Of a stretch of 57,682 bases of DNA, positions 38,198 to 50,426 are shown piece after piece. Source of the stretch: Parasitella parasitica NRRL 2501. Lineage: Eukaryota > Fungi > Mucoromycota. The stretch is taken from NCBI GenBank assembly GCA_025201805.1, contig MU619274.1, positions 1 through 57,682 of the forward strand, read 5' to 3'. The position numbers and the translations under genes were made by a program. Numbering within the stretch: position 1 is the first letter of the stretch; each line of letters starts with the position of its first letter. The notes beneath the pieces were generated by a model. The model was not told the origin of the DNA, made no database searches, and saw nothing but the letters and a program-made list of their open reading frames with translations.

Positions 38198-41099
38198 CTA
38201 TGCACCCAAAGACAAAGCTTGTATTATGAGAACACTCGTACTTTTAGCGCTATTTTTCAAAATGCAATAGCCAAGATTACCAAGTGCTGCTTCATAATCT
38301 CTAGATTCCGTATCGGTAGAAGCAAAAGCACCTGGAGAAGAGACAGAAGATTTTGGCGATGACGGAGCCGAATCCTTTGGGATAAAATTACGCCCTACAA
38401 TGACCAGATCTTGCTTGCCAAGTGGTCGAGTGAGTGATTTGGTAACGGCGGTTCCGTTCAAGGTATTCACTTGCTGGCAAGAAACGTTTGAAGGCAGGTT
38501 CGAACCATCAAACAATGTTTCCAAAGCAGCATTTTCGTCACTTGTGTATCGACTAACTGATTCATTCGTAGCGTACATGATCTGCTCGTCTGAACCGTGC
38601 GTCAAGATTCGTAAATCAAGCTTGCGACAAGCTTGTAACCTAAGAGCAAACAGTAGCGCTGTTCGATCGTCTTTAATAGCTTCTCTGTAGGCGACAATGA
38701 TTTGAGGTGTGGCATCAAGATCGCCATCCTGGATTTGGCCAAAACCTCGATCAATAAACAGGCCAACAGTACAAAAGCGTATTGAAAACGCTCCATTTAC
38801 AAAGTCCAAGTCTGCGCAATTACTATCCAAAAAGGCTGAAGCATAGTTCTCTTTGTTGATGCTATAGCGACTGATCCAAGGCAGTAAAATGATGTCTGCG
38901 CCCATATCCAAACCGTGTTCAGATACTGTTTTGACGGTATCAGAGGCAGCGCACAAGTCAACGTGAGTTTGTAGCGATTGAATTCCTATCAAATTTGCAA
39001 ACGTACGCAGCACATTTAATACAGGATCTTGCCTTTGCGTCTCGCGCAAATCCTTGAACTTCATCACAGCAGAAGTTCGTTGTGTTAATTCCAAAAGTCG
39101 CAACGCATGCACTTCTACAGAACTAGCAGTTTTATCACTAGTCAAAAGCTTCATGAGAGCCATGATAGAGGGAACAGACTCGATGCGGTTGAGCATAGTA
39201 AGTAAACGGAAACGCTCATGGCCCATAGCTTCAACAGTCGATAATCTGATGGTGTCTTTATCAAGGGAGTCAGGCTCTGAGTCAATGCGATTGTCATTAC
39301 CTGCCATCTGAACTTCATCTATTGAGGTAGATGTTTGTTTTTGATACCACTCGGGGTAAAGCCAGATAACCACAGGAGTCGTCATAAATGTAGTAATGAG
39401 AGCCATAACAACCATGATGACAAAAACTAAGTGTATATTTAACTCTTGAGTCAGACTGAACACTGAGATGCAGTGACATCTATATTACCTTGATCGTTTA
39501 GAACACCAGAGTCATGACCAATATTGAGTACAATCAGCTCTACCAGACTGAGAATAGCTAGTTAACGAGACCCGTCTAAACTCTCATGGCAAGGAACTTA
39601 CCCTTTACAATTCATGAGAAACCCGACTGTAACTGATTCACGGTTTGTCATCCCACAAAGTTTAGCTGCTGCTGAGCATCCAACGATCTTGCCAAAACAT
39701 GCAAGGAATATAACCAGGATAACATAGCCCCAAATTGTGCCAGTATCTAAAAGGCCAATCTGTGTTTTTAATCCAGACAAAGTAAAGTACTAGATGGTAA
39801 TGTAAAAAAGGAAAAAAATAAAATAAGTAATGCATTGCAACGACTAAACAATTGTTGTTTTATTACCAGAGGTAGGAACAGAATGTTGACAATATCCTCA
39901 ATTTTCTCTGTGATCTTGATTGATAAATCATGATCATGAGGAACTATCACACCAGCAATGAAGCCACCGAAAATGGCATGGACACCAATAATGTCAGTGA
40001 CAAATGCCGAGAGCAATACAATCATGAGGGTCACAGTCATCAGTAAAGGTGAAGGACCATTCTCATACGAATTGGTGTATAAGCACAATCTACGGTACAA
40101 AGGCCCCACAATAAAGACCACAAACAGAGTGAATCCTACCGCTGTCAGAAACACATACAACGCTTCAATGCCGCCTGATGAGTTCAATAATGCCACCACT
40201 AACGCAAGCAGAACCCTAATTAATACATACAAATTGAATACATACGATATATATATATATATATAATATAAATAGTGGTGAGTTCTAATCTCTTTGTAGA
40301 ATGCTTACCAGGCTGTACAATCATTGATCAATCCACTTGCCATTGTGATGGCGCCCACCTTTGTACGAAGTAACTTTAATTCGGCTAAAATACGGGCCAA
40401 CACCGGAAATGCCTGTTATTATATCAGTGTACACATGGTCAAGTCAATTGAAGAGCATAGGTTAACTTACCGTAATAGACATAGCAACGCCCAAAAATAG
40501 TAGAAAGCTTCCAAAATTGATACTATCGTCGTCTTGAAGTTTATAAAGCCCAACGCTAACGGCAGCACCAAGCCCAAATGGAAGCGCCATACCTGCAACT
40601 GCAATAACCATGCTTTTGTGCCAATCTTTACGAATGACTTGAAGGTCAACCTCGAGTCCCACTTGAAATAAGAAGAACACCAAGCCTAACGTTGCAATTA
40701 AATTGAGAAAAGGCAGAGACTCTGAGGGAAATATAGTATCCATGAACCCGGGAATCCTTCCCATCGCAGTGGGCCCAAGAACGATGCCGGCAATAACTAT
40801 AAAACATCAACGACGGTATTAGCACATGCAAGCCAAGTTCTCGAGGATATATAGACTGACCTTCTGATATGACTCGAGGTTGCCTCAGATAGCCCAAGGG
40901 GATAGCTATTGCTCTACAAAAAATGAGAATGATTGTTGTCTATGCGGTAGTGCATTAGCTCTATGCTCTCTTTCCATTATTTATGTCAAACAGCACATGC
41001 CTGTATGATGAATAAAACAATCGGATCAGATGGGTTATATGTGGCAGGATTTAAGCCAGCAAATACACCAGCCTGCGGTGAAGCTGCTTCCGATGACAT
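38198..41099 (-). CDS. KHA1: K+/H+ antiporter, CPA2 family (Kha1/CHX-like)
   Basis: LRQPRVISE, GIVLGP, FQVGLEVD, ITAFPVLARILAELKLL, GVHAIFGGF, LMNCKGLVELIVLNIG, ITTFMTTP, plus a C-terminal cytosolic domain. Confidence 0.93.
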
Positions 41100-41534
41100 G
41101 TCTGATAAATGAAGAAGAAGCAATTCTGAAATATACGAAACTTTTAATTTAGAAGATTTTGGCAGGACCAATGGTTTTGCATTGGAAAAAAAAATATCTT
41201 TTTCGCCAATTTCAGGGTTTGATTAAATGAGTGCTTGATTATGCATAAGCATGCAACTTGTATTAATAACCCAGTAGCTATAGATCACATCTTCTAGATG
41301 GAGATATAAAAAGCGTTAATCGCATTGAAAGACTTATTTCGAAAACAAAAATAGATTGCTTTATTGTATTATAAACAAAGCGAGTGACGGATATGAAAGA
41401 CAAGAGATAACACAAATTACGAAAAGGGGGGATATGAGAAATTCATAACGATAGACCTAAACACAAAATTAACATCTTGAGCGAGTTTTTTTCTTTTTTC
41501 TTTTTTAAAGTCTAGGTTTCTCGTTGCCAGGAAT

Positions 41535-42811
41535 TCATAATTCCTTGCCCTTTTCAGCTTCAAGTTCACTCAAATAACGTTCAGCGTCAAGGGCAGCCAT
41601 ACAACCAGAGCCAGCAGAGGTAACAGCTTGACGGTAACGCTTGTCTTGAACATCACCAGCAGCAAAGAGACCACGGACATTGGTCTCGGCGGAGCCAGGA
41701 ATAGTCTTAATGTAGCCTTCAGAATCAAGTTCGACTTGTCCCTTAACAAGTCCACTAGCGGGATCATGGCCGATGGCATAGAACAAACCAGATGCTTCGA
41801 TCTTACCAGCTTCTTTAGTCACATTGTTAACGGTAGTAACAGTCTTCAAAAGATTTCCATCGCCCAAACACTCGACGGGAGAAGTGTTGAAGTGAATTTC
41901 AACTTTTGGGTGCGCCTTTAATCTATCACCCATTACCTTTGAGGCACGAAGTTGATCACGACGAACAAGGACGTGAACTATGGAAGCATCTATAACCATT
42001 CAAATGCTTAGAAATCAATGATAATGATTTACCATTTGGTTTCCCTCTTATAAAAAAAAAAGGCATATTCTAAAAAAAAAAAAAAAGGGGTCCCCACATG
42101 GTGATATATACTTACATTTAGTGAGATAGATGGCTTCTTCTGCAGCGGAATCGCCACCACCGATAACAACCAAAGGCTTTGCTTTAAAAATAGGAGCAGC
42201 ACCATCACAAACGGCGCAGGCAGAAATGCCCTTTTGCCAATATTCCTCCTCACCGGGCAGATTCATACGTCTGGCAGAGGCGCCAGTGGCAATGACAACA
42301 GCATCAGCAGTGTCAGTAGGTTCAGCTTCACTTTCATAACCTTCGCGCCAGATCTTGAATGGACGAGCGCTACAATCCAACTTGGTAATAGTCTCAGTCT
42401 CAATAGTAGTTCCACAGGCTTCAGATTGTGCCCTCATCAGATCCATCAACTCACCACCCATAATGCCTTTGGGAAAACCAGGGAAATTTTCGACATCGGT
42501 AGTAGTAGTTAATTGGCCTCCAGGAGCGAAACCGTTGGCCATCATACCTTCGAAAACGATAGGGTTCAAGTTGGCACGGGCAAGGTAGATAGCAGCGGTA
42601 TGGCCTATTGACCATGATAAACAAATTTAAGACTTTCTGTAATCTACCCCTCGACATTGATACAAAAAAAAAAAAAAAAAAAAAACTTACCAGCAGGGCC
42701 GGAACCAATGACAGCGACTGGACGATGTTGAGGAGCCATATTATAAATTGAACTTGTAAAGTGTCTACGAAAAGAAAGAGAAATACGTGGAAGGAAACGA
42801 GAAGAAGACAT
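41535..42811 (-). CDS. TRR1: Low-molecular-weight NADPH thioredoxin reductase
   Basis: [69 protein letters not shown]; two in-frame ATGs (42811, 42739). Confidence 0.97.
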
Positions 42812-44523
42812 TAGTTTTGAAGTATGGAATTCCGTTTTTAAATATGGAGAGGGGTCTTTCAAATGACAAATATACCTTTCCATAAACTGTGACGCTAATT
42901 ACTAATACACTGGCCAATCGCTTCTCATGTTGATTACAAAGCAATCATCCAATCAAACTTTGTCATTCCATTCTAGTTTGGTTTCTGGGCAGATATCATG
43001 TCATCTTCTTTCGATATTCTTAATATATATCATATACGTATGCATCGGCATTTGTTGATGTGTATTAAGAATGAAACATAAGCGATTAAATCTGTGCAGC
43101 AGCTTTTTAATTTTGTTTCCATCGTGGAACTCAATTGTCACACCATCTCTGATAATCAGATAAAGTGATGACACATTTGGATGTTTACAGCAGAATGTTG
43201 TTACATGAAATGTCTTTTTAATCCTCCACTTTTTTCAAATGACGGATTGTAGCCATCCCCAAAGTAAGAACAATCAAGAGTATTACCAGTGAAGGTATCC
43301 AGAGTGTTCAAAGAAAGTTTAATTTAGGTTTTGCAATGCTTTTTCTTTGCAGTAATTTAATATAAATTTATGTTTTGTACAAAATGCTAGATACATGATG
43401 TGAAATGCTTTTCTTGGGCGAATTGTAAACTTGATGTTGATCGCCATAAAAATTATTTCAGATAATGTTATCAATTCGATGAATAATTACTGTGCTATAT
43501 GCTAAAATCTAATCTTCATTTTCAGGATCATCTACTTTCCGGATACGCTCTATACGTTATATATCAGCAGCAATGTTTGATGGCACACATACAGTAACAG
43601 TCCAGACTATTATATGTATGCGCCTGTAATCAAAGATTCGACATTATAAGGTGTAAAGGGGAAATTTGTCTTTTATTTTTTATTGAATTACTGCACACCT
43701 TTCCTCGACTCAAGCTGCCCAAAGTGTCAGGCCCTCTTCCTCCTATCTTGGCTTGGCTTTGCTTCAAGTGGTCAAAAATATTGCACTATTCCTTGCAAAT
43801 AACGCTGCTTCAGTTGATTTAAATCCTTTTAGCTACACAAATTATTTCTTTTATATGTTATATGTAAAAATCAATGTTTATTATTTTTGTGTTCATCTTT
43901 ATCAACCCTACTAGTGTTTCATTGCACGTTTATTTTCGTATGCCATAAATGGAGTATCTATGAAAATCAAAATCAAAATTTGTTTTGCATAAATATAATA
44001 TGACGCTTTTGAGAGATATCCAACAACAATGAAAGAATGCGGATAAACGCTTGATCATGCACGTAAAAGTTTACGCAGGTGAAAAAATGCGCTGTTACCA
44101 TTATTATTGTACATACAGTGTGTGGTATTATGCAGCTTCCAACAACGATAAAAGAAAGCATTTTGACTCAATGAAAAAGTTATAATATATAGTCATTTGT
44201 AATCATATTGATCTACATTATCAGCTGATTAAATACATAGTACATACATTTTACGCCGATCGAGGTTTCAACTGTGTGATTACTTTTCGACTGCATCATG
44301 TAAGGATGGATTTTTCTATTGAGGAATTTGAAAAGATGCATGCATAGTGTTTACCAATCATCAGTAACAAGCTGAAAGTAGGCATCTCGCAAAAATTGTG
44401 AAAGAAATTGAATTTATTGAAAATTGAAAGTGTATAGTATATCTGAAAAGTTGGTGGGTTGTTGATCTTGATGTATGTGGATGATTGTGCTACTTTTTTT
44501 TTCTTTTTTTTCTTTCTTTCTTT

Positions 44524-46067
44524 TTACATGATGTTACATTCGTCTTGTGAACCATTCTTTTTTTTCGACTTTGGTTCAACGTGTTTTCCTTGTAAACGTT
44601 GAATGGCTCTTTTATCTCCATGTTCAGCAGCCTTTTTATACCATTCCATGGCCTCAGTTGGGTTCTTGGTGATACCAATACCTACTTCAGTGAAATAGCC
44701 AACCGCATACTCTGCTTTAGGCAATTCTTTTAGAGCAGCACGTTTAGCCCATAAATACGCATCTTCATCAGATTGTGGCAATACTTGAGGTGATCCCACT
44801 AAATACCATGCAGTCAAAGCAAAGCAGGCTTCGCGATGGCCTTGTTGAGCTGCAATCGTGTAGAAATGAATCGACATGGCAGGGTCAGGGCTGCATTCCA
44901 ATTTCCCATATTCATAACATTCGCCCAGTCGAAAGGCGGACGGTGCATAGCCAAGTTCTGCTGCCTGAACATACAACGATACTGCATAGGCTAGATCCAC
45001 AAACACAACATTGGGTATTCCTCTTTCATGCAGTAAAGCAAGTTCATGGATAGCATGTGGGTATTCGCTTGTAGCTGCTTCTGCTGATCTCTTTAACCAT
45101 TTTACTCCATCTCGAGGATTCTTTGATATTCCTAACTCTCCATTTACATCTGCCACTCCTAATCTATACATGGATCCAGGGTGATTCAAAGTAGCTGCTT
45201 TTCTATATATAGAATTAGATAATTGTCGTTGAATTGTATTTGATAAAAAAAAAAAAAAAAAAAAAAGGAGCTCTCTTACTTGTAAAACTGTACAGCTTTG
45301 GAATAGTCTCGTCTACAGCCCAATCCATCTTCATAACACTTGGCGGCACTAAAATAAGAGAGCAAGCCAAGAGATTAATACCAAGAATATTATCAACCCA
45401 TTTCAAGTAAATGTTACCGATAAGCAGCATCAGCATGATGATGCTTGGTTGCCTGGACAAACAAAGGAAATGCCTTGTCGAATTCGTTCTTTCCTTTCTT
45501 GCTCAAGAGACCTGAAGCAAAGAGATTTCCAAGATAATACTGCGATTCCGCATGACCACGAGCAGCCAACTGTTTTAACAGCTTCTCCGCCTCAGCCAAA
45601 TATTCCCAGCGAGTTTCATCGTCATCTTGGATGGGTTTGGCAGCTTCAACCATGAAAATAGCAAAATCGCATTGAATGTCGGGGCTGTTGGTCTTTTTAG
45701 CATTATCTCTATACATGTTGATCGTTTGAGCATAGGATAATAATGATGCCTTTGTGCCCGGTTTCAAGTGAGAATGATCTAATAGTTGATCTCCATTAAT
45801 AGACAAGTTGGCAACTGAACTTGTGCGAGTGCCTGGTGGAGTTTTTGAACCTTCGTTTGAAGGCAATGGGCTCGATTGACGATTAATAGATAAAGAAGGA
45901 GCTGAATTATTAGAAGCAGAATAATGAAACTGATGTTGGCGAAGAGGAGGAGGTTGCATCGTTTGCTGATTGTAGTAAGTTGGCATAGGTGAAGCCATAC
46001 CTTCCAAATGTTTTGGAGGTGGAGGCGGAGGCGTATTTCGAACAATTTGTGGATGAGGTTGAGCCAT
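44524..46067 (-). CDS. SKT5: Sel1-repeat chitin synthase activator (Skt5/Chs4 family)
   Basis: Pro/Gln/Ser-rich N-terminus, multiple Sel1 repeats (SAFRLGECYEYG, FALTAWYLVG, AEYAVGYFTEVGIG), CAAX end CNIM. Confidence 0.92.
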
Positions 46068-46679
46068 TTTAACTTTTATGAAAAAAACAAAGGAAAAAGA
46101 GAGAGAAGGAGAGAAAGAAAGGAAAAATACTATTAGTAGGGGTAGGCGAGGAAGGAGAAATGAAGTCTATTTTTCAATATGAACAAAAAAAGGGTGCTAC
46201 AACGAGATTGATATCTCGTACCTGTTTGGTGCCTAAAATAGATTGCCCGATGTGCTCGTAACTTTTAAATAGTGACCTATTAAATTCGCACTGTTTTTTA
46301 ACTACTCATTAGATTTTACAATAGGTAATAAGTTATATTTCACTAGCGCCGTATACATTAACTGATTTGAAACGTCATTATGGCATAACATCCCAAGATC
46401 GATTTTAAGACACTCAAAAAAAGAAAAAGAAAAAAATGATTGAAAGAATATTCTTCCTTATCCAAAGTTGCACATCAGGTATCGCATCGGATAAATCAGA
46501 TTCACCAGCCAATAATAATGAAATTTTGAGCGAGCAAGATGGATCAAATGGCTTTAATAAAGAATATTGCCGCTGTCCCACTATTATGAGCGTATGCCCA
46601 CTTGCCATCCAATAATGTCAATCAGATTTCCCACTATCTTCAGGGATAAAACAGTTTTAGATCAGGATAGTTTGTCTTT

Positions 46680-46761
46680 GGTTGCTAGGCAATTAGTTGC
46701 CATAGGATTTTTGTTTCCCTGGTTGCTAAGCATTTAGTTGCTATGGGATTTTTGATTCGTG
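46680..46761. repeat. 2 x 41-bp tandem repeat carrying RFX X-box-like motifs
   Basis: GGTTGCTAGGCAATTAGTTGCCATAGGATTTTTG.. and GGTTGCTAAGCATTTAGTTGCTATGGGATTTTTG.. Confidence 0.7.
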
Positions 46762-47844
46762 GTTTTAAGGCAATCACTGTGTCAATCTGTTATGTAAACA
46801 GCCTTTGGTGATCTCCCAAAAATATATCATTTACAGCTAAAGTGATTCATAGTGCGGAGATCAGCTTTATTGATTCTCTTGCGTTTTGGTGTCAGATTAT
46901 CTTTTTCTGTATGCTAATTAATTTACCCATGATTAATTGTATCGAAATGCGCGGGTGTGCATCTTCCTTCTCTCTCTCCACAACTTGGATGGCGTTTTGA
47001 TGGAATGTTACTCGTTGAATTAAAAATACATGATAGTTGTACAATTCCAAATGTCAAATATAAAGATTTGATCTATGCAAAAATACTGCTTTTCTGTTCT
47101 GATTGGGGAGGATTAACAAGCATCCGGATAAAATTTATCATTATTTTACACTGCAAATGTCGAGTAAAAAATGGAAAATTGAAATCATCCTTTACCTGCC
47201 CGTCAGATCGATCAAGCTCATTATTTTGTTTTTACAACATCTAGAAAGTGTAATGGTATGATTCCCTATAACTTGTATACAACAGGATTCAATACACGTT
47301 AAAAGTGTGAGTGAACTAGACTATATTTTAGCCAAATAATACTCGATCCAAAATTGACGGTCGTTGAAAAAATGAACCCATGTACTTTCCTATTACACGG
47401 TGGGAGATTGGAAATATAAAGAAACACGCATATCTAGCATCTGATGCAATCTTCAAGCCGTGTAGTTCTTTTTTATAATTTCACTAAGCAAGGTTTTTGC
47501 TTCTTTAACTCTATTGCCAGACACGAATTTTAACGAGAAAATTGTCAAATCAGGAAAAAGTATCTAGTGGCAAAAGAATATTCGCTCTTTTGCTTTTGGT
47601 TTGGGGACATTGGGAGCGGGCCATTAAACTAAATGCCTATATAGCATTCTCTATTTTGATCCGCCACATTGCAATGTCTCAGCCAGGATTTCTATATAAA
47701 TCCGAACTTATCCGAAGCGTTTCGTATAAAAGGGTTGACACACCTACGTACATTTGTTGTGCTTTTCTTTCTTGAAACCCTCTTTTTTTTTTTTAAACAA
47801 AAATTATTCTCCTCTTTTGTATACAAACGTACAAAAAATAAAAA

Positions 47845-49300
47845 ATGAATGTATCAACACCAAAACCATTAGAATTCGCCCATGTCCAACAAACATCACC
47901 GCCAACTCAACACCAACAACCACAAACACAAACACAATCACAACAGCAAAAAGATCATATTTTTGATTCTGTAGATCAAGCTGTAACCCGATCCGATGCC
48001 GTCGTTGTGAGTAATCAACCAGTGTCTCCTCCTGATTTATTACACGATTCTGAAGAAGACGACGAGGATTCACTGTCCACGCCATCTTTATCCTTATCAC
48101 CTAAGCAGGGCTTTTTGTCTTCCACCACAAATCTCAAGAATAGATCATTCTCTCATGGTGATATTGTTCGTCCCTTTTTAGCCCTCCACAACCGTAGGAA
48201 ATCTGTACCTCATAGATCACCTTCTATTGTAGGGGACGCATTGCAGGCTTCGCTTTTAGACAAGAGCGTTGTTTTCCAATTAAACGTTCAAGCTGAATTT
48301 TCATCGAGACCAGCTAATACCACGGAATCAAAACCGACACATCATGATGAAAGCGGTTATACAGCCAATCAATCATGTCCAGATTGCGGAGATGCATGTG
48401 ACATAAAGTGCACATCCAAAATCATCTGTGGTCAATCATTATTATCTGCGTTACGTAAAAGGGTCGCTTATGCTCGTAGTTTACAGCAAGAGAATGAGCC
48501 AGCAGAAAAATATTCCCGTATATCTCGTCGCAAGCGTGTCCGTACTGCAAATATCATCGAGATCCCTAGATCAGCTCATCGTCGCGCCAGTACTTCATCT
48601 GATCAAAGTGTTGCTAGTTTGAATAGCCAAGCTGAGCAACCGGCTAGTGCTGCTCATAGCAATCGATCTGTAGATCAACAGCAGCAGCAAATACCGTACC
48701 AACATCTCAACCAGGAAGACAACGATTATGAGCAAGAAGATCAACAACAAGTGAAACGTGCAAAGAAATCCAATAGTACTCCTCGTCGCCAATCATCCAC
48801 TGCTAACAGCCAATCATCAGGCCGTCCATCTCGAGTCAAAGGCCCTTGCCAAGCATGCCAAGAGGCATCTGACGGTTGTATGCGAAAAGCATTCAACTGG
48901 CCATTTCCTGCTAGCCAGACATTCAACGACAAAGGCAAGCCCTATGTCTACCTCTGCAACAAATGCGGTCTTCGGTATGTTTATTTATTGTGTATATGTA
49001 ACAAATAACTAAAATTTAAATAGGTACAACAAGAGCGGCGGTTGTGTTTGTCGTAATTGTCGTTGGGTCTTTTGTAAAGAAGAAAAACGCAAAGCCTTGC
49101 AGCATATTGATGCCATGCGTCGTAAACGCCTTGATGGTGAAGTTGATTTCAGCGAAGATATCGAAAACTTTGTCTGCAGTCCAAAGTACTGGACCTGTGG
49201 CAAGCCTTGGAAGGTTGGATGGGTTTTAGATAACCTCGATGAAGACGATGAGTCTTGTTCCAATGTAGCGTCTTCACCAACGCCATCTCACACATCTTAA
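47845..49300 (+). CDS. Atypical GATA-like zinc-finger protein (Ash1-like C-terminus)
   Basis: Low-complexity N-terminus. CQAC-X32-CNKCGLRY, intron ~48975-49023, then NKSGGCVCRNC...C-X6-C second Cys cluster. Confidence 0.8.
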
Positions 49301-50426
49301 AAAACACATGCATCTCTTCCCAAAAAGCACACTTTCATTTCATTGTATTTTTACTTTTATATTTTTTTTTTCCTTTGTGTTTTACTCCCTTCTCCCAATC
49401 TATCTGTACATAAATCAAAGCGTGATCAGAAACATGGATTTTGTTCTATGATTAGTAAAGAGAATCTTTTTAGTAAGCATAAAGTTTACCCTTAGAGTTT
49501 GAGACGGCTCGGAATTGAGGTTTTTCAATCAAAAGTGTCGCTTTTGACAGACCTACCACCGGAGGGACCGATCAGATTCAGGTGTTCAGATCATGGCTGT
49601 CAACCTGACAACCATAACGCTAAATCGCCCTATCTACTTATTATATTGTGATACATTATAACTATAGGTAATGCTGATAGATCCCCCATGATATTATTCC
49701 GTATAGAATGAATCATAATGATATATATACATGCAATTTCCTGGGGTTTTCCATGTCGAAGCAGACCTTTAAAGGGATAAAACGATTGGCTGCCAAAGAT
49801 TAGATAAACACTACTACTGACAGATTACCACCATTCAAGAATCCTGGCCTTGTTTGTCAGAACGTGCAATAATGTCGATTGTCTATATGCATCACTTGAT
49901 AGTCTTATTTGCCTTGAGCATGATGAGAATTACTACCTTTATCACCGAATGGTAAAGCTTTCAAGTGAAATGAAGCCTGTCCGTATAACAGCAATATAAT
50001 ATAACGCACTCTATTGCGCCGAGAGGTACTGGGTCTTTCCCGATTTATTTGCTGAAAGATGCATATTTAGTGTTTAGTGTTGTTTTATACAGCAGGATAT
50101 TATCATGTCTATAATACTTTTAGCTAAAACCAAATAAAATTAATTGGCAACATGTAACACCAAAGTTACGCAAATCAAAAGATTTAATGTGCAAAATTTA
50201 GTTGTATACTTGTCGCTACTGTTATAGTCTTTTCTTGTTGGATTGAATCCTTCAATTTAGAGTTTTTTGTACATCATCACTTTACTAATGGCAAAGTAGC
50301 GCCCCCTTGTTGTCCCCCTCGATTTTTTTTCTTTCCTTCTACATCTGATTTCTTTTAGTTCCTTCTCTTTTCCTTCTTTTTTTTTAATTTTATAATCTTT
50401 TATTTTTTTTTACACTTGAATATAGT

